DNA of 64,000 nucleotides from an uncultured Actinomycetes bacterium (GTDB lineage Bacteria; Actinomycetota; Thermoleophilia; UBA2241). The notes below the pieces were generated by a model. It did no database searches. It had not been told where the DNA came from and worked only from the letters and a program-made list of their open reading frames with translations. The position numbers and the translations under genes are program-made. Location: contig CAVWIH010000020.1 of NCBI GenBank assembly GCA_963755025.1, positions 100,699 to 164,698 on the forward strand. The letters run 5' to 3'. Below are positions 48,101 through 59,500 of the stretch, in pieces (positions within the stretch are counted from its first letter, which is position 1; every line of letters begins with the position of its first letter).

Positions 48101-49929
48101 CACAGCGAAGCTCGACGACCGCCGCGACACAGGGCGCGCCCACGCCCGGACCGGGCGCCGGCACACAGGGACGGATCGCCTACAAGTGGGTCGTGCTGTC
48201 GTGCACCACGCTCGGCGTGCTCATGGCCATGATCAACGCCTCGAGCCTGCTGATCGCCCTGCCGGCGATCTTCCGCGGTATCCACCTGAGCCCGCTCGAC
48301 CCCGGCAACTTCACCTACCTGCTGTGGATCCTCATGGGTTACGGCCTGGTCTCGGCCGCCACCGTCGTGACCGCCGGCCGCGTGGGCGACATGTTCGGCC
48401 GCGTGCGCATGTTCAAGATCGGCTTCATCATCTTCACGCTCGCCGCTCTGGGCCTGTCGCTCGTGTGGAGCACCGGCGCCACCGGCGCCACCGAGATCAT
48501 CGCCTTCCGCATGATCCAGGCTGTCGGCGGGGCCATGATGATGGCCAACTCGGCGGCTATCCTGACCGACGCCTTCCCGGCCGACCAGCGCGGCATGGCC
48601 CTGGGCATCAACGGCGTCTCGCTGCTGGCCGGGTCGTTCCTGGGCCTCATCATGGGCGGCGTGCTGGCCGCCGTCGACTGGCGCCTCGTCTTTTTGGTGA
48701 ACGTGCCGATCGGCATAGCCGGTATCGTGTGGTCGTTCCTCAAGCTGCACGAGATCGGTGAGCGCCACAGCGCCCGCATCGACTGGCTCGGCAACCTCAC
48801 CTTCGCCGCCGGCCTGGCCGTGCTGCTCACCGGCATCACCTACGGCATCAAGCCCTACGGCTCGTCAAACATGGGCTGGGCCAGCCCCTTCGTCATCACG
48901 GCGATCGCCGGCGGTGTGGCGCTGCTCGTGGCCTTCGTGTTCATCGAGCGCTACGTCGCCGAGCCCATGTTCAACCTCGCCTTGTTCCGCATACGGGCGT
49001 TTGCCGCCGGCAACCTTGCCGTGCTGCTGTCGGCGTGCGCGAGCGGCGGCCTGCAGTTCATGCTCATCATGTGGCTGCAGGGCATCTGGCTGCCATTGCA
49101 CGGCTACAGCTTCGAACAGACGCCGCTCTGGGCCGGCATCTACCTGCTGCCCATGACCACCGGCTTTCTCGTGGCCGGGCCGGTGTCGGGCGTGCTCTCC
49201 GACCGCCACGGCGCGCGCCCCTTCGCCACCACCGGCATGCTGCTCGCCGCGCTCAGCTTCTTGCTGTTCATGGCGCTGCCGGCGGACTTCTCGTACTGGA
49301 TGTTCGCCGCGGTGCTCTTCTTGAACGGGGTCGGCTTCGGCATGTTCTCGGCGCCCAACACGGCGGCCATCATGAACAGCGTGCCGGCGCGCAACCGCGG
49401 CGTGGCGTCGGGCATGCGGGCTACCTGCCAGACGCTCGGCATGCCGCTTTCGATCGGCATCTTCTTCTCGCTCATGGTCGTGGGACTCACGTCCCACGTG
49501 CCGGGCGCGATGTTCGCCGGCCTCACCGGACAGCACGTGCCGGCCGCCGTGGCGACGCCGCTCTCCCACATGCCGCCGACCGGCTACCTGTTCGCCGCCT
49601 TCCTGGGCTTCAACCCCCTCAAGGAGCTGCTCGGCCCGCACGTGCTGGGCGCGCTGCCGGCCGCCAGCGCGCACGTGCTGGTGGGCAAGGAGTTCTTCCC
49701 GTCGCTGATCTCCGCGCCCTTCAAGGACGGCATCGTCGGCGTGTTCATCTTCGCCGCGGCGATGTGCCTGGTGGCCGCGCTCGCCTCGTGGCTGCGCGGC
49801 GGCAAGTTCGTGCACGACGAGGCGCACGCTCACGGGCACGAGCAGCTCAAGGCCGCCCACGCGCAAGACCAGCTCGTGGCCGCACAGGCGCAAGCCGTCG
49901 ACCTGGCCGAGGGCCGGGCCCAGGACTGA
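48097..49929 (+). CDS. MFS transporter (DHA2/14-TM type)
   Basis: GRVGDMFGRVR motif A, ANSAAILTDAFP, many TMs; ATGA overlap with marR. Confidence 0.92.
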   Translation: MTQRSSTTAATQGAPTPGPGAGTQGRIAYKWVVLSCTTLGVLMAMINASSLLIALPAIFRGIHLSPLDPGNFTYLLWILMGYGLVSAATVVTAGRVGDMFGRVRMFKIGFIIFTLAALGLSLVWSTGATGATEIIAFRMIQAVGGAMMMANSAAILTDAFPADQRGMALGINGVSLLAGSFLGLIMGGVLAAVDWRLVFLVNVPIGIAGIVWSFLKLHEIGERHSARIDWLGNLTFAAGLAVLLTGITYGIKPYGSSNMGWASPFVITAIAGGVALLVAFVFIERYVAEPMFNLALFRIRAFAAGNLAVLLSACASGGLQFMLIMWLQGIWLPLHGYSFEQTPLWAGIYLLPMTTGFLVAGPVSGVLSDRHGARPFATTGMLLAALSFLLFMALPADFSYWMFAAVLFLNGVGFGMFSAPNTAAIMNSVPARNRGVASGMRATCQTLGMPLSIGIFFSLMVVGLTSHVPGAMFAGLTGQHVPAAVATPLSHMPPTGYLFAAFLGFNPLKELLGPHVLGALPAASAHVLVGKEFFPSLISAPFKDGIVGVFIFAAAMCLVAALASWLRGGKFVHDEAHAHGHEQLKAAHAQDQLVAAQAQAVDLAEGRAQD

Positions 49930-49956
49930 CCGACGGGCGGCCGCGCGCTTCGGGCC

Positions 49957-51756
49957 ATGAAGACGGCTGATCGGCACCTCGCTCCGCCGGCCGGACCACA
50001 GGTAGGTTCGGAGGCCGCGCGCGGCGGACCGGACCGCGCCGGGGCCGACGGCGCGCGCGGCGCGCGCCGCGACGCCGGGCGCGGCGGCCTGCCCGGCGCG
50101 CGGGGCGACCGCTACAAGTGGGTCGCCCTCTCGAACACCACGCTGGGCACCATGATGGCGACGATCGACACGTCGATCATGCTGATCGCCCTGCCCGACG
50201 TGTTTCGCGGCATCCGCCTCGACCCGCTGCAGGCCGGCAACAGCTTCTACCTGCTGTGGATGATCCTGAGCTTTCAGGTCGTGACGGCGGTGCTCGTGCT
50301 GAGCTTCGGCCGCCTGGGCGACATCTTCGGGCGCGTGCGCATGTACAACCTCGGCTTCGTGGTCTACACGGCGGGCTCGCTGCTGCTCACCGTCACCTGG
50401 ATGTCGGGCTCGAGCGGCGCACTGTGGCTCGTGGCCATGCGCGTCGTGCAGGCGGTGGGGGCGGCCTTCCTGCTGGCCAACTCGGCCGCCATCCTCACCG
50501 ACGCCTTCCCCGCGCACCAGCGCGGCATGGCCCTGGGCATCAACCAGGCGGCCGCCATCGGCGGCATGTTCATAGGGCTCGTGCTGGGCGGCATCCTGGG
50601 GCCGATCGACTGGCGCCTCATCTTCCTGATCTCGGTGCCGATCGGCCTGTTCGGCACGGTCTGGGCATACCTCAAGCTCGAGGAGCGCGGCGTGCGCCGG
50701 CCGGCGCGCATAGACTGGGCCGGCAACCTGACCTTCGCGGCGGGGCTGATCGCGGTGATGGTCGGCATCACCTACGGCATCCAGCCCTACGGCGGCCACG
50801 CCATGGGCTGGACGAACCCCGCCGTGCTCGCCGAGATCGGCGGCGGCGTGGCGCTGCTCGTGGCCTTCGCGGTGATCGAGAGCAGGGTGGCGGCGCCCAT
50901 GTTCCGCCTCGCGCTGTTTCGCATTCGCGCCTTCACCGCCGGCGTGCTGTCGAGCTTTCTGGCCGCCATGGGACGCGGCGGCCTCATGTTCATCCTCATC
51001 ATCTGGCTGCAGGGCATCTGGCTACCCGAGCACGGCTACAGCTTCGCCCGCACGCCGCTGTGGGCCGGCATCTACATGCTGCCCCTGACGGTCGGCATCC
51101 TCGTCTCGGGACCGCTCTCGGGGGTGCTCTCCGACCGCTTCGGCGCGCGCCTGTTCGCCACCGGCGGCATGCTCGCCACGGCGGCCGCGTTCGTGCTGCT
51201 CGAGGCCCTGCCCATCGCCTTTCCCTACTGGGCCTTCGCCGCGGTGCTGCTGCTCGGCGGCCTGTCCATGGGCGCCTTCTCGGCGCCCAACCGCGCCGGC
51301 GTCATGAACAGCCTGCCGCCCGAGCACCGCGGCGCGGGCTCGGGCATGAACACCACCTTTCAGAACTCCGCGCAGGTGCTCTCGATCGGCGTCTTCTTCA
51401 GCCTCATGATCGTGGGCCTGGCCGGCTCGCTGCCGGGCAGCCTCTACCACGGCCTGGTCGGCCAGGGCGTGCCGGCGGCCGCGGCCGCCGGGGCGGCCCA
51501 CCTGCCGCCCGTCTCCACGCTGTTCGCCGCCTTTCTGGGCTACAACCCGATGCAGCACCTGCTGGGGCCGTCGGTGCTGACGCAGGTGAGCCACGCGCAG
51601 GCCGCGACGATCACCGGGCGGCGCTTCTTTCCGGCGCTGATCACGGCGCCGTTCAAGTCGGGCCTGCACGCCGCCTTCGACTTTGCCATCGCCGCCTGCC
51701 TGGTCGCCGCGGCGGCGTCGTGGACGCGCGGCGACTCGCGGGCAGGCGACAAGTAG
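49957..51756 (+). CDS. MFS transporter (DHA2 type), paralog of the preceding gene
   Basis: GRLGDIFGRVR, ANSAAILTDAFP, WLQGIWLP shared with the upstream MFS. Confidence 0.92.
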   Translation: MKTADRHLAPPAGPQVGSEAARGGPDRAGADGARGARRDAGRGGLPGARGDRYKWVALSNTTLGTMMATIDTSIMLIALPDVFRGIRLDPLQAGNSFYLLWMILSFQVVTAVLVLSFGRLGDIFGRVRMYNLGFVVYTAGSLLLTVTWMSGSSGALWLVAMRVVQAVGAAFLLANSAAILTDAFPAHQRGMALGINQAAAIGGMFIGLVLGGILGPIDWRLIFLISVPIGLFGTVWAYLKLEERGVRRPARIDWAGNLTFAAGLIAVMVGITYGIQPYGGHAMGWTNPAVLAEIGGGVALLVAFAVIESRVAAPMFRLALFRIRAFTAGVLSSFLAAMGRGGLMFILIIWLQGIWLPEHGYSFARTPLWAGIYMLPLTVGILVSGPLSGVLSDRFGARLFATGGMLATAAAFVLLEALPIAFPYWAFAAVLLLGGLSMGAFSAPNRAGVMNSLPPEHRGAGSGMNTTFQNSAQVLSIGVFFSLMIVGLAGSLPGSLYHGLVGQGVPAAAAAGAAHLPPVSTLFAAFLGYNPMQHLLGPSVLTQVSHAQAATITGRRFFPALITAPFKSGLHAAFDFAIAACLVAAAASWTRGDSRAGDK

Positions 51757-52072
51757 GAGCTGCGCGAAGGCCGGGGCGCGACCGCGGGCTCGCCGGCCGG
51801 CGGCCGTCGCGAAGGTCGTACCGCGTGCTGGGCTCGTCGGCCGGTGCCGGCTGCTCGTCAGTCGGCGAGCGGTATCGTCTGCACGGCCACACTCTTCTGG
51901 CCGTTGCGGTCGATCGCAAAGATCTCGATCTGGCCGCTGCATATCGTTCGGGAAGCCGAAGGCGGCTCGAGCCCGCCGCATGCGGCCGGGCGGCTCGCCA
52001 GGCTGGTCCGCGGGACGCGGCCGGGCGTGTGGCAGGGTTCAGTCGCGCGGCGCGTCCGCGCGTGTGGCAGGT

Positions 52073-55000
52073 TCAGTCGAGCGTCGCGTCCGGGTCGGCG
52101 ACCAGGGCCACGCCGATCACGGCGGCGTCGTCGGTGAGGTCGCCGCCGGCGAACTCCATGGCCGCGGCCAGCAGGCCGTCGACCAGCGCCTGGGGGTCGC
52201 GACCGCCGCCGGCGAGCGCCGCCAGGAGGCGCTCGTCGCCGAACAGCTCTCTGCCGCGCCGCGCCTCGGTGACGCCATCGGTATAGGCGACGAGCACCTC
52301 ACCGGGGGCCAGGCGCCTGACCTGCTCGGTGTGGGGCCGGTCGAACGTGCCCAGCGGCACGCCGGGCACGGTGAGCAGCGCTTCGCAGCGCTCGCCGCAC
52401 ACCACGGTCGGCGGGTGGCCCGCCGACGCGTAGCGCACGTCGCCGGTCACGAGGTCGATGACGTGGAGCGACGCGGTGGCGAACAGGGTCTCGGTCGGCC
52501 CGCCGGTCACCTGACGCATGAGTGACTGGTTGACGTGGTCGAGCACGAAGGCCGGCGAACGATCGAGGTAGGCGACCGCGCGTACCGCGCTGCGGATCGT
52601 CTCGGTGAAGCCGGCGGCCGGCACGCCCTTGCCGCTGACGTCGGCGATGAACAGCGCCACGGTGCGTTCGTCCAAAGCGAAGAGGTCGAAGAAGTCGCCG
52701 CCCACCCGTTCGGCTGCGGCTGCAGCCCGGTGCGCCGCGCCTATGCGCACGCCCGGCAGCACGGGGACCGGACGGGCCAGCAGCTTGCGCAGGGTCTCGG
52801 CGGTGCGGTGCTCCACCTCGTAGACGCGCTCGTTCTCGATGGCCAGGCCGCCGGCCGTCGCCAGGGCCGCGGCGAAGCGCGCCTGGTCTTCGGTGAAGGG
52901 GGTCGCCGCGCTGAGATTGGCGAAGGCCAGGACGCCGATCACCTGGTCGCGCACGACAAGGGGCACAAAGAGCAGCGAGCGCAGGTCGAAGCGTTCGGCG
53001 AACCCCGGCGTCAGGCGCTGGTCGTGCTCGGCGTCGTTGGCGACGAAGGGCTCGCGGGTGAGCTCCAGGTCACTCCCGATGGGGTTCTCGTCAAGCGGAA
53101 AGCGCTCGCCGAGCAGGGGCGCCGCGGCGCCCAGCGCCACGCGGGTGACGAACTCGTCGCCTTCGGCAAGCGACGCCACGGCGCCCTCGCTGCCCAGCAC
53201 GCGCATGCCCTCGTCGGCCAGGATCCGGGCGATGGCGTCGACCCCGTCGGCCGCGCTGATCGCCACGCCGATGTGGTTGAGCGCTTCGGCCAGGCGCACG
53301 CTCTCGTTGCGTTCCGCGTACAGGCGGGCGTTGTCGAGCGACAGCGAGACTGCCGTGGCCAGCTTGGCGGCGAAATCGACCTGGGCGCTCGACAGCGAGA
53401 CGCGGCGGTCGTGCCAGTTGAACAGCAGCACGCCGTTGACTTCGTCTTTGGCGACCAGCGGCACCGCCAGCACCGAACGCAGGCGCAGCAGCTTCACGGC
53501 CGCCAGGCTCGTGCGGTCGTCCTGACCGGCGTGGCTGATGGCGACCGGCGCCCTCGTGCCGGCCGCCAGCGCGACATGGGGAAGGTCGGTGTCGGTGAAG
53601 CGGCTCCCCAGCACCTCGTCGTCGTAGCCGAAGGCGTAGCGCGTCACCCAGTCACCACCCTCGCGCAGGGCGATCGACGCCGTCTCGGCCTGCAGGGCCC
53701 GGGCGCTCTCCACGACGGCGCGGCTCAGGATCTCGCCGGGCTCGAGGGTCGAGCTGATGGCGAGGTGGATGGCGGCGAGCGCGCTGTTCAGCAGCGCCGT
53801 GTCGTGGATCTGGTCGGCGCTGCGCTTGACCGCGTCGATGTCGACCAGCGCCAGGACGGCGCCGTCGGCTGCGCTTTCGGCCGTGCGGTAGGGCTGGATG
53901 CGCAATGAATACCAGCGGCCGTCGTCGGTCTGGGTGTCGATCATCAGGGGGGCGAGCGTGTCGATGACGTGGCGCACCCGCTGCGGCAGGTCGGGCAGGT
54001 CGATGGGCAGATCGACGTCGGCCAGCGGACGGCCGATGACGTCGAGGCCGACTCCCAGCGCTTCGTGGGTCGCCGGCGTGAGACGCCGTAGGTGCAGGTC
54101 GCGTCCCACCACGATCAAGGGAATGTCGACGCCGGCGAAGAGGTTCGAGAGGTCGTCGGTGAGCGCGCTCAACTCGGCGTTGCGGCCGCTCAGCTCGTCG
54201 TTGACGGTGGCGAGCTCCTCGTTGGTCGACTGCAGCTCCTCTTTGGCCGTCTCGAGCTCTTCGTTGATGCTCTGCAGCTCTTCGTTTGCTGACTGCACCT
54301 CTTCGTTGGCGGCGCGCAGCTCCTCGTTGCCGGCCTCCTGGTCTTCGATCACGGTCTGCAGGTAGTCGCGCGTCGCGGCGAGCTCGCGCGCGATCGTCTG
54401 GGCTTCGGCGTCGGCGGCGGCGGCCGCATCGGCCGGCGTCGCCGACGCTCCGGCCGACTCGAAGACCACCGCGTAGTAGCGCTCGCCTTCGGGCGTCGCG
54501 AGCGGCGCGACGTGCACGTTCAGCAGCTCGTCGCGCCCGTCGTGGCGCCACGGCAGGTCGCGCAGCGTGAGCGGCGCGCCGGCGCGCCGCACCTCGCCGA
54601 TGGCCGCCCCCAGGTGCACGCCCAGCGCCTGGTCGGCCATGGCGAGAAGGTCGAACGAGGCCACGCCGCTCGTGTGTCGCAGGTAGGGCTCGGTCTGCCC
54701 GCGAAAGCGCACGATCTGGAGGTTTTCGTCGACCACGACGGCGGGCGCGGCGTACAACGCAAGGACCGCCTCGTCGGCGGCGCGATCGAGGTCGAAGGGC
54801 TCGCCCCGCGGCGCGCGGGCGGTGCTGCGCGTCGCCAGCGCCACGGCGCCGGCGGCCGCCTCGGACAGCGGCGGCCAGACGTCGTCGGGCAGCGTGGCCC
54901 GGCGGCCCAGGGCCCGATAGATGCGCTGCTTCTTGTCGACGGTCTCGAACAACCGGTCGCCCTGGCCGCCGACGGCCTCGGCGGTGCCCAGGACAAGGTA

Positions 55001-56404
55001 GCCCCCAGGGCTCAAGGCGTAGTGCAGCGTGGGAATGACGCGCTTCTGCAGCAGCGGCCCGAGATAGATCAGCAGGTTGCGGCAACTGACGAGGTCGAGC
55101 CGCGAGAAGGGCGGGTCGCGGGTGAGGTCGTGGACGGCGAACACGCAGAGCTCACGGATGGCCTTGCTCACCAGGTAGCCCTCGTCGACCTGCGTGAAGT
55201 AGCGGCCCAGCAGGTCGGCCGGCAGCGAGCCTGCGATGCTCTCGCCGTACACGCCGGCGCGCGCCCGGGCGATGGCGCGCGGGTTGACGTCGGTGGCGAA
55301 GACCTTGAGCGCGGGACGCACGGGCTGGCCCCTGAGGAACTCGCTGAGGGCGATCGCCAGGCTGTAGACCTCTTCGCCGCTGGCGCAGCCCGGCACCCAG
55401 ACGCGCAGCTCCCTGTCGGGCGCGCGACCTTCGAGCAGCTTGGGGAACACCTCGGCGCGGAGCGCGTCGTAGGTCGCGGGCTCGCGGAAGAACTCGGTCA
55501 CCATGATGAGGATGTCCTGAAAGAGCGCTTCGAGCTCGACCGGGTCGTCGCGCAGCAGGGCGACGTACTCGTCGAGGCTCTCGAGGTGGCGCAACGCCAG
55601 GCGGCGCGTGACCCGCCGGCCGATGGTGCTGAACTTGTAGTGGGTGAAGTCGACGCCCCAGGCCTGTCGCAAGAGGCGGAAGATCTCGGCGTAGGGGTCC
55701 TTGCGGGCCGGCTGCCCGCCGGGGATCCCTTCGGGAGACGTCGCCGGGGCCACGTAGGGGTGGCGCGCCAGTCGTTTGAGCTCGGCCGCGATCCTGCGTG
55801 GGGTGAGCACGAAATCGACGGCGCCTGCGGCGATGGCGGCGCGCGGCATGCCGTCGTACTTGGCGCTCGCCGGGTCTTGGGCGAAGGTGATGCCGCCCTC
55901 GGCCTTGATGGCGCCCATGCCCAGCGTGCCGTCCGAGGCGGCGCCCGACAGCACCACGCCGATGGCGCGGTGGCCGAGCGTGCTGGCCAGCGAGCGAAAG
56001 AAGGAGTCGATCGGCAGGGGCGGGCGCTGCGAGCGGTCGCGCGCCGTCAGGCGCAGCCGGTCGCCGTCGAGCCGCAGGTCGCTGTCGGGCGGTATGACGT
56101 AGGCGTGGTCGGGCTCGACCACGACACCGTCGACGACCTCGCTGACGGGCAGGTGCGACTTGCGGCTCAAGAGCTCGGCCAGCAGGCTGTCGTGGTTGGG
56201 GGCGAGGTGTTGTACGACGCACAGCGCCATGCCGGTGTCGGCGGGTATGCGTTCGAGCAGCTGCGAGACGGCCTCGAGGCCCCCGGCCGAAGCCCCTACC
56301 CCGACGATGGGAAAGTGCGGCGGCGAGTCGTCGGGCGCTGGCGGCACGGCGTGTACGAGGGCAGTCTCGCTGCCGTCGGGCCGTCGTGCGCGCGGGGCCG
56401 CCAT
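52073..56404 (-). CDS. CheB-CheR-PAS-coiled coil-PAS-GAF-GAF-SpoIIE(PP2C) fusion
   Basis: CheB GASAGG/VQHL/LSGAASDG; CheR FFREP/WVPGCASGEEVYS/DLVSCRNLLIY; NEELQS heptads; PP2C GGDFFD/ADVSGKG/YTDGVTEAR/DD. Confidence 0.9.
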   Translation of the reverse strand: MAAPRARRPDGSETALVHAVPPAPDDSPPHFPIVGVGASAGGLEAVSQLLERIPADTGMALCVVQHLAPNHDSLLAELLSRKSHLPVSEVVDGVVVEPDHAYVIPPDSDLRLDGDRLRLTARDRSQRPPLPIDSFFRSLASTLGHRAIGVVLSGAASDGTLGMGAIKAEGGITFAQDPASAKYDGMPRAAIAAGAVDFVLTPRRIAAELKRLARHPYVAPATSPEGIPGGQPARKDPYAEIFRLLRQAWGVDFTHYKFSTIGRRVTRRLALRHLESLDEYVALLRDDPVELEALFQDILIMVTEFFREPATYDALRAEVFPKLLEGRAPDRELRVWVPGCASGEEVYSLAIALSEFLRGQPVRPALKVFATDVNPRAIARARAGVYGESIAGSLPADLLGRYFTQVDEGYLVSKAIRELCVFAVHDLTRDPPFSRLDLVSCRNLLIYLGPLLQKRVIPTLHYALSPGGYLVLGTAEAVGGQGDRLFETVDKKQRIYRALGRRATLPDDVWPPLSEAAAGAVALATRSTARAPRGEPFDLDRAADEAVLALYAAPAVVVDENLQIVRFRGQTEPYLRHTSGVASFDLLAMADQALGVHLGAAIGEVRRAGAPLTLRDLPWRHDGRDELLNVHVAPLATPEGERYYAVVFESAGASATPADAAAAADAEAQTIARELAATRDYLQTVIEDQEAGNEELRAANEEVQSANEELQSINEELETAKEELQSTNEELATVNDELSGRNAELSALTDDLSNLFAGVDIPLIVVGRDLHLRRLTPATHEALGVGLDVIGRPLADVDLPIDLPDLPQRVRHVIDTLAPLMIDTQTDDGRWYSLRIQPYRTAESAADGAVLALVDIDAVKRSADQIHDTALLNSALAAIHLAISSTLEPGEILSRAVVESARALQAETASIALREGGDWVTRYAFGYDDEVLGSRFTDTDLPHVALAAGTRAPVAISHAGQDDRTSLAAVKLLRLRSVLAVPLVAKDEVNGVLLFNWHDRRVSLSSAQVDFAAKLATAVSLSLDNARLYAERNESVRLAEALNHIGVAISAADGVDAIARILADEGMRVLGSEGAVASLAEGDEFVTRVALGAAAPLLGERFPLDENPIGSDLELTREPFVANDAEHDQRLTPGFAERFDLRSLLFVPLVVRDQVIGVLAFANLSAATPFTEDQARFAAALATAGGLAIENERVYEVEHRTAETLRKLLARPVPVLPGVRIGAAHRAAAAAERVGGDFFDLFALDERTVALFIADVSGKGVPAAGFTETIRSAVRAVAYLDRSPAFVLDHVNQSLMRQVTGGPTETLFATASLHVIDLVTGDVRYASAGHPPTVVCGERCEALLTVPGVPLGTFDRPHTEQVRRLAPGEVLVAYTDGVTEARRGRELFGDERLLAALAGGGRDPQALVDGLLAAAMEFAGGDLTDDAAVIGVALVADPDATLD

Positions 56405-56530
56405 CGCATGTCCCCCAACCGAACCGCCGTTCGTGCGGCCGCCTGCTATGTGCGGCCGACCTTCACCACGGCATCGTACACCCCGGCGCGTCGGGCGGTC
56501 CGTTGGCGGTGGGCGACGCCGCAGCCGGCT

Positions 56531-59500
56531 TCAGGCCAGTCTCAAGACGACGACCTGCAGGTCGTCGTCGAGGCGTCCGGCGAACGCCAGGGCGGCGTCG
56601 CGCACGCCTTCGGCGACGCCCTGGGCGCTGTGGCCGCGCAGCGCGCCGGCGACCTCGAGCAGGCGCCGCTCGCCCAGCAGCTCGCCGTCGCGGCGCGCTT
56701 CGGTGACCCCATCGGTGTAGAGCACCAGGTAGTCCTCGATGGTGAGCATGGCGTGGGCGTTCTCGTAGGGCCTGGCGAACGAGCCCAGCGGCGGTCCGAA
56801 CCTCATGGGCAGGGGCTGGCAGGTGTAGGCGCCCAGGTGGACCGGGGCCGGGTGGCCCGCGCTCGCGTAGCTCAAGTGGCCGGTGGCGGCGTCGAGCACC
56901 GCGAAGAACGCGGTCACGTGGGGCTCGTCGGGGTCGAGGCGCAGCAGCAGCTCGTTGGTGCGGGCGAGCACGACGGCCGGCGAGGGGTCGATGCTGGCGA
57001 ACGCCTGGATCTTGGAGCGCACCGTCTCGGTCATGCCGGCGGCGCGCACGCCCTTGCCGGCCACGTCGCCGATCAGCACGGCGACGCGTGTGTCGTCGAG
57101 CTGGAAGAGGTCGCTGAAGTCGCCGCCCACGCGGTCAGGCTCGTACGCCGGCTGGGACACGACCCCCAGGTCGAGGCCGCGCACCACGGGCGACTCGTGG
57201 ATGAAGTTCTCCTGCAGAGTGAGGGCGATGCGGCGCTGCTGGTCGAAGACGCGGGCGTTGTCGAAGGCGGCGCCGAGCAGCTCGGCGATGCTGCGGTAGA
57301 GCGCGAGCTCGTCGTCGGCAAAGGGTCGCACGCCGTCGAAGGTAAAGCCGAAGGCGCCGAGGGTGACGCCGCCGCGCCTGATGGGCAGCGCGAACCAGCG
57401 CTGCCGTGCGGCGCTCAGGCGGTCGGCGCGCCTCGCGCTCGCCGCGCCGGCGAGCTCCGAGTCGTGGGTGACCTGCGGCAGGTCGCGCAGGACCAGCTCA
57501 GCCATGCTCGTGCCGCCCGCCAGGGGCAGGACGACGATCTCCGCGGCGATGTCGTCGGGGTAGCCCGCGAGCGCGATGGCGCGCAAGGCCTCCTGGGCTT
57601 CGTCGACGACGAAGATGGCGCCGCTCGCTGCGGAGAGCGCGCGGGTGCCGATGGCCAGCACGCGTTCGCCGATCTCGGGCAGCGAGAGCGAGCTCGTGGC
57701 CGCCGTGGTGACCTCTTGCAGGAGCGTGGTGCGGTCGAGCTCGTGGCGCACCTGCTCCTGGGCTCGCTGCGCGGCCTCGTAGAGCTGGGCGTTCTCGAGC
57801 CCGGTCGCCGTCTGGGCGACGACTGCTTCAAGGAAGGAGAGCTCTTCCGCGGCAAAGCGCCGCGGCTGCCCCCAGGCCACGTAGAAGGTGCCGATCGCTG
57901 CGCCCCGGGCGAGCAGGGGCAGCAGGGCGTAGGAGCGCACGCCGCCGTCGCGCGCGTGGCGCCGGCTGCCGGCGCTGACGTCGAGCTCGTCGACGTCTTC
58001 GCCGAGGCGCGGCCGCCCGGTGCGATAGCAGACCGCCGTCTCCACGTCGGCGTCGGCGGCGATGGGCCCGAGCTTGTCGAGAAAGCCCCGGGGCAGCCCG
58101 GCGCTGGCGACGATCTTCAGGGTCGTGCGCTCGGCGTCGGCCAGCCGGATCTGGACCTGGCGCGCGTCGAGCAGCCGGCGCACCGCGCCCACGACGCTGG
58201 CGGCGACCGTATGGACGTTCAGCGACGACGACGCCGAGTCAGCCACGTCTTTGAGGACGGAGAGCCGCGCGACGCGCTGCGACTCGGCCTCGCGGGCGGC
58301 GAGCTCGGTCTCGAACAGGCGGACGTTCTCGATAGCCGCACCGGTCTGCGCCGCGATGCCCTCGATCAGCTCCAGCTCCTGTGGGCTGAAGGGGCGCCGT
58401 TCGCCGGGCTCGTCGACCATGATGAGGCCGACGAGCCGCTCACGATAGACGATCGGCACGGCCAGCAGCAGGCGAAAGCCGTGCTCGTCCAAGTAGTCGC
58501 CCATGGGGTCGGGGAGCGCGGTCGCCGAGTAGTCGATGATGAGCCTCTTGTGGGTAGTGATCACCTGCCGCGTCGCGGCGGAGACCTGATCGAAGCCGAA
58601 GCGTTGCCTGGGGACGGCTTCGGCCCCCCGCGAGACGGCGACCTCGACCTCGCGGCGCGCCTCGTCCCAGAGCTCGAGGACGATGCGTGAGTGCGCGGTG
58701 GAGCGCACCAGCAGGTCGCCCAGCGACTGCAGCATGCGGTCGAGGTCGGCCGACGACGACAGGGTGGTGGCGGCCTCGAGCAGCAGCTCCGTGCGGCGCA
58801 GCTCAAGAGCGGCCTCGCGCTGCGCGTCGAGCGCCGCCGTGAACAGGCGCGCATTCTCGATCGCCAGCCCGACCGTGGTGCCCAGGCGCCTGGCAAAGTC
58901 GACCTCGGCCGCCTCGAACCGGCGCGCGCCGCGTCGCTGAAACAGGATGAGCACGCCGACGGCGTGCTCGCGCTCGAGCAGCGGCACGGCTACGAGCGAG
59001 CGCATGCCGTGGCGCCTGGCCGCGGGCCCGATGTCGGCGTGGTGGGCGGCGTCGTCGCTCACCAGCACATCGCCGGTACCCGCCACCAGCCGGGCGATCA
59101 GCGGCTGGTCGATGAGCGGCCGGCCGAAGGCGTCGTCGGACAGGCCGTGGGCGTGGCGCACCGGCCAGGCGTCGCCCTCGCGGAGCTCGATCGCGGCGCC
59201 GTCGACGCTGAGCACGCGCGTGGCCTCGCGCAGCGTCAGCCTGAGCAGTTCGTCGGTCTCGAGCGTCGAGTGCAGGTGGGCGGAGATGGCGTTCAGGCCG
59301 GCGCGCAGCTCGCTCTCGCGCACAATCGCGTCGCGTTGGGCGCGCAGCTCCTCGTTTTGCAGGCGCAGCTCCTCGCCCTGGTTCTGCAGCTCCTCGGCCT
59401 GTGTCTGGGAGTCCTCGAGGAGACGTTCGCGTTCGAGCTCGGCGCTGCGGCGCTCCTGCTGGGCGCGCTTGCGTTGCGAGATGTCGGTCATGAACGAGCG

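Noticed and set aside
52073-56404. Chemotaxis operon
   Set aside because: No MCP, CheA, CheW, CheY or flagellar genes; CheB and CheR are fused to a phosphatase output.
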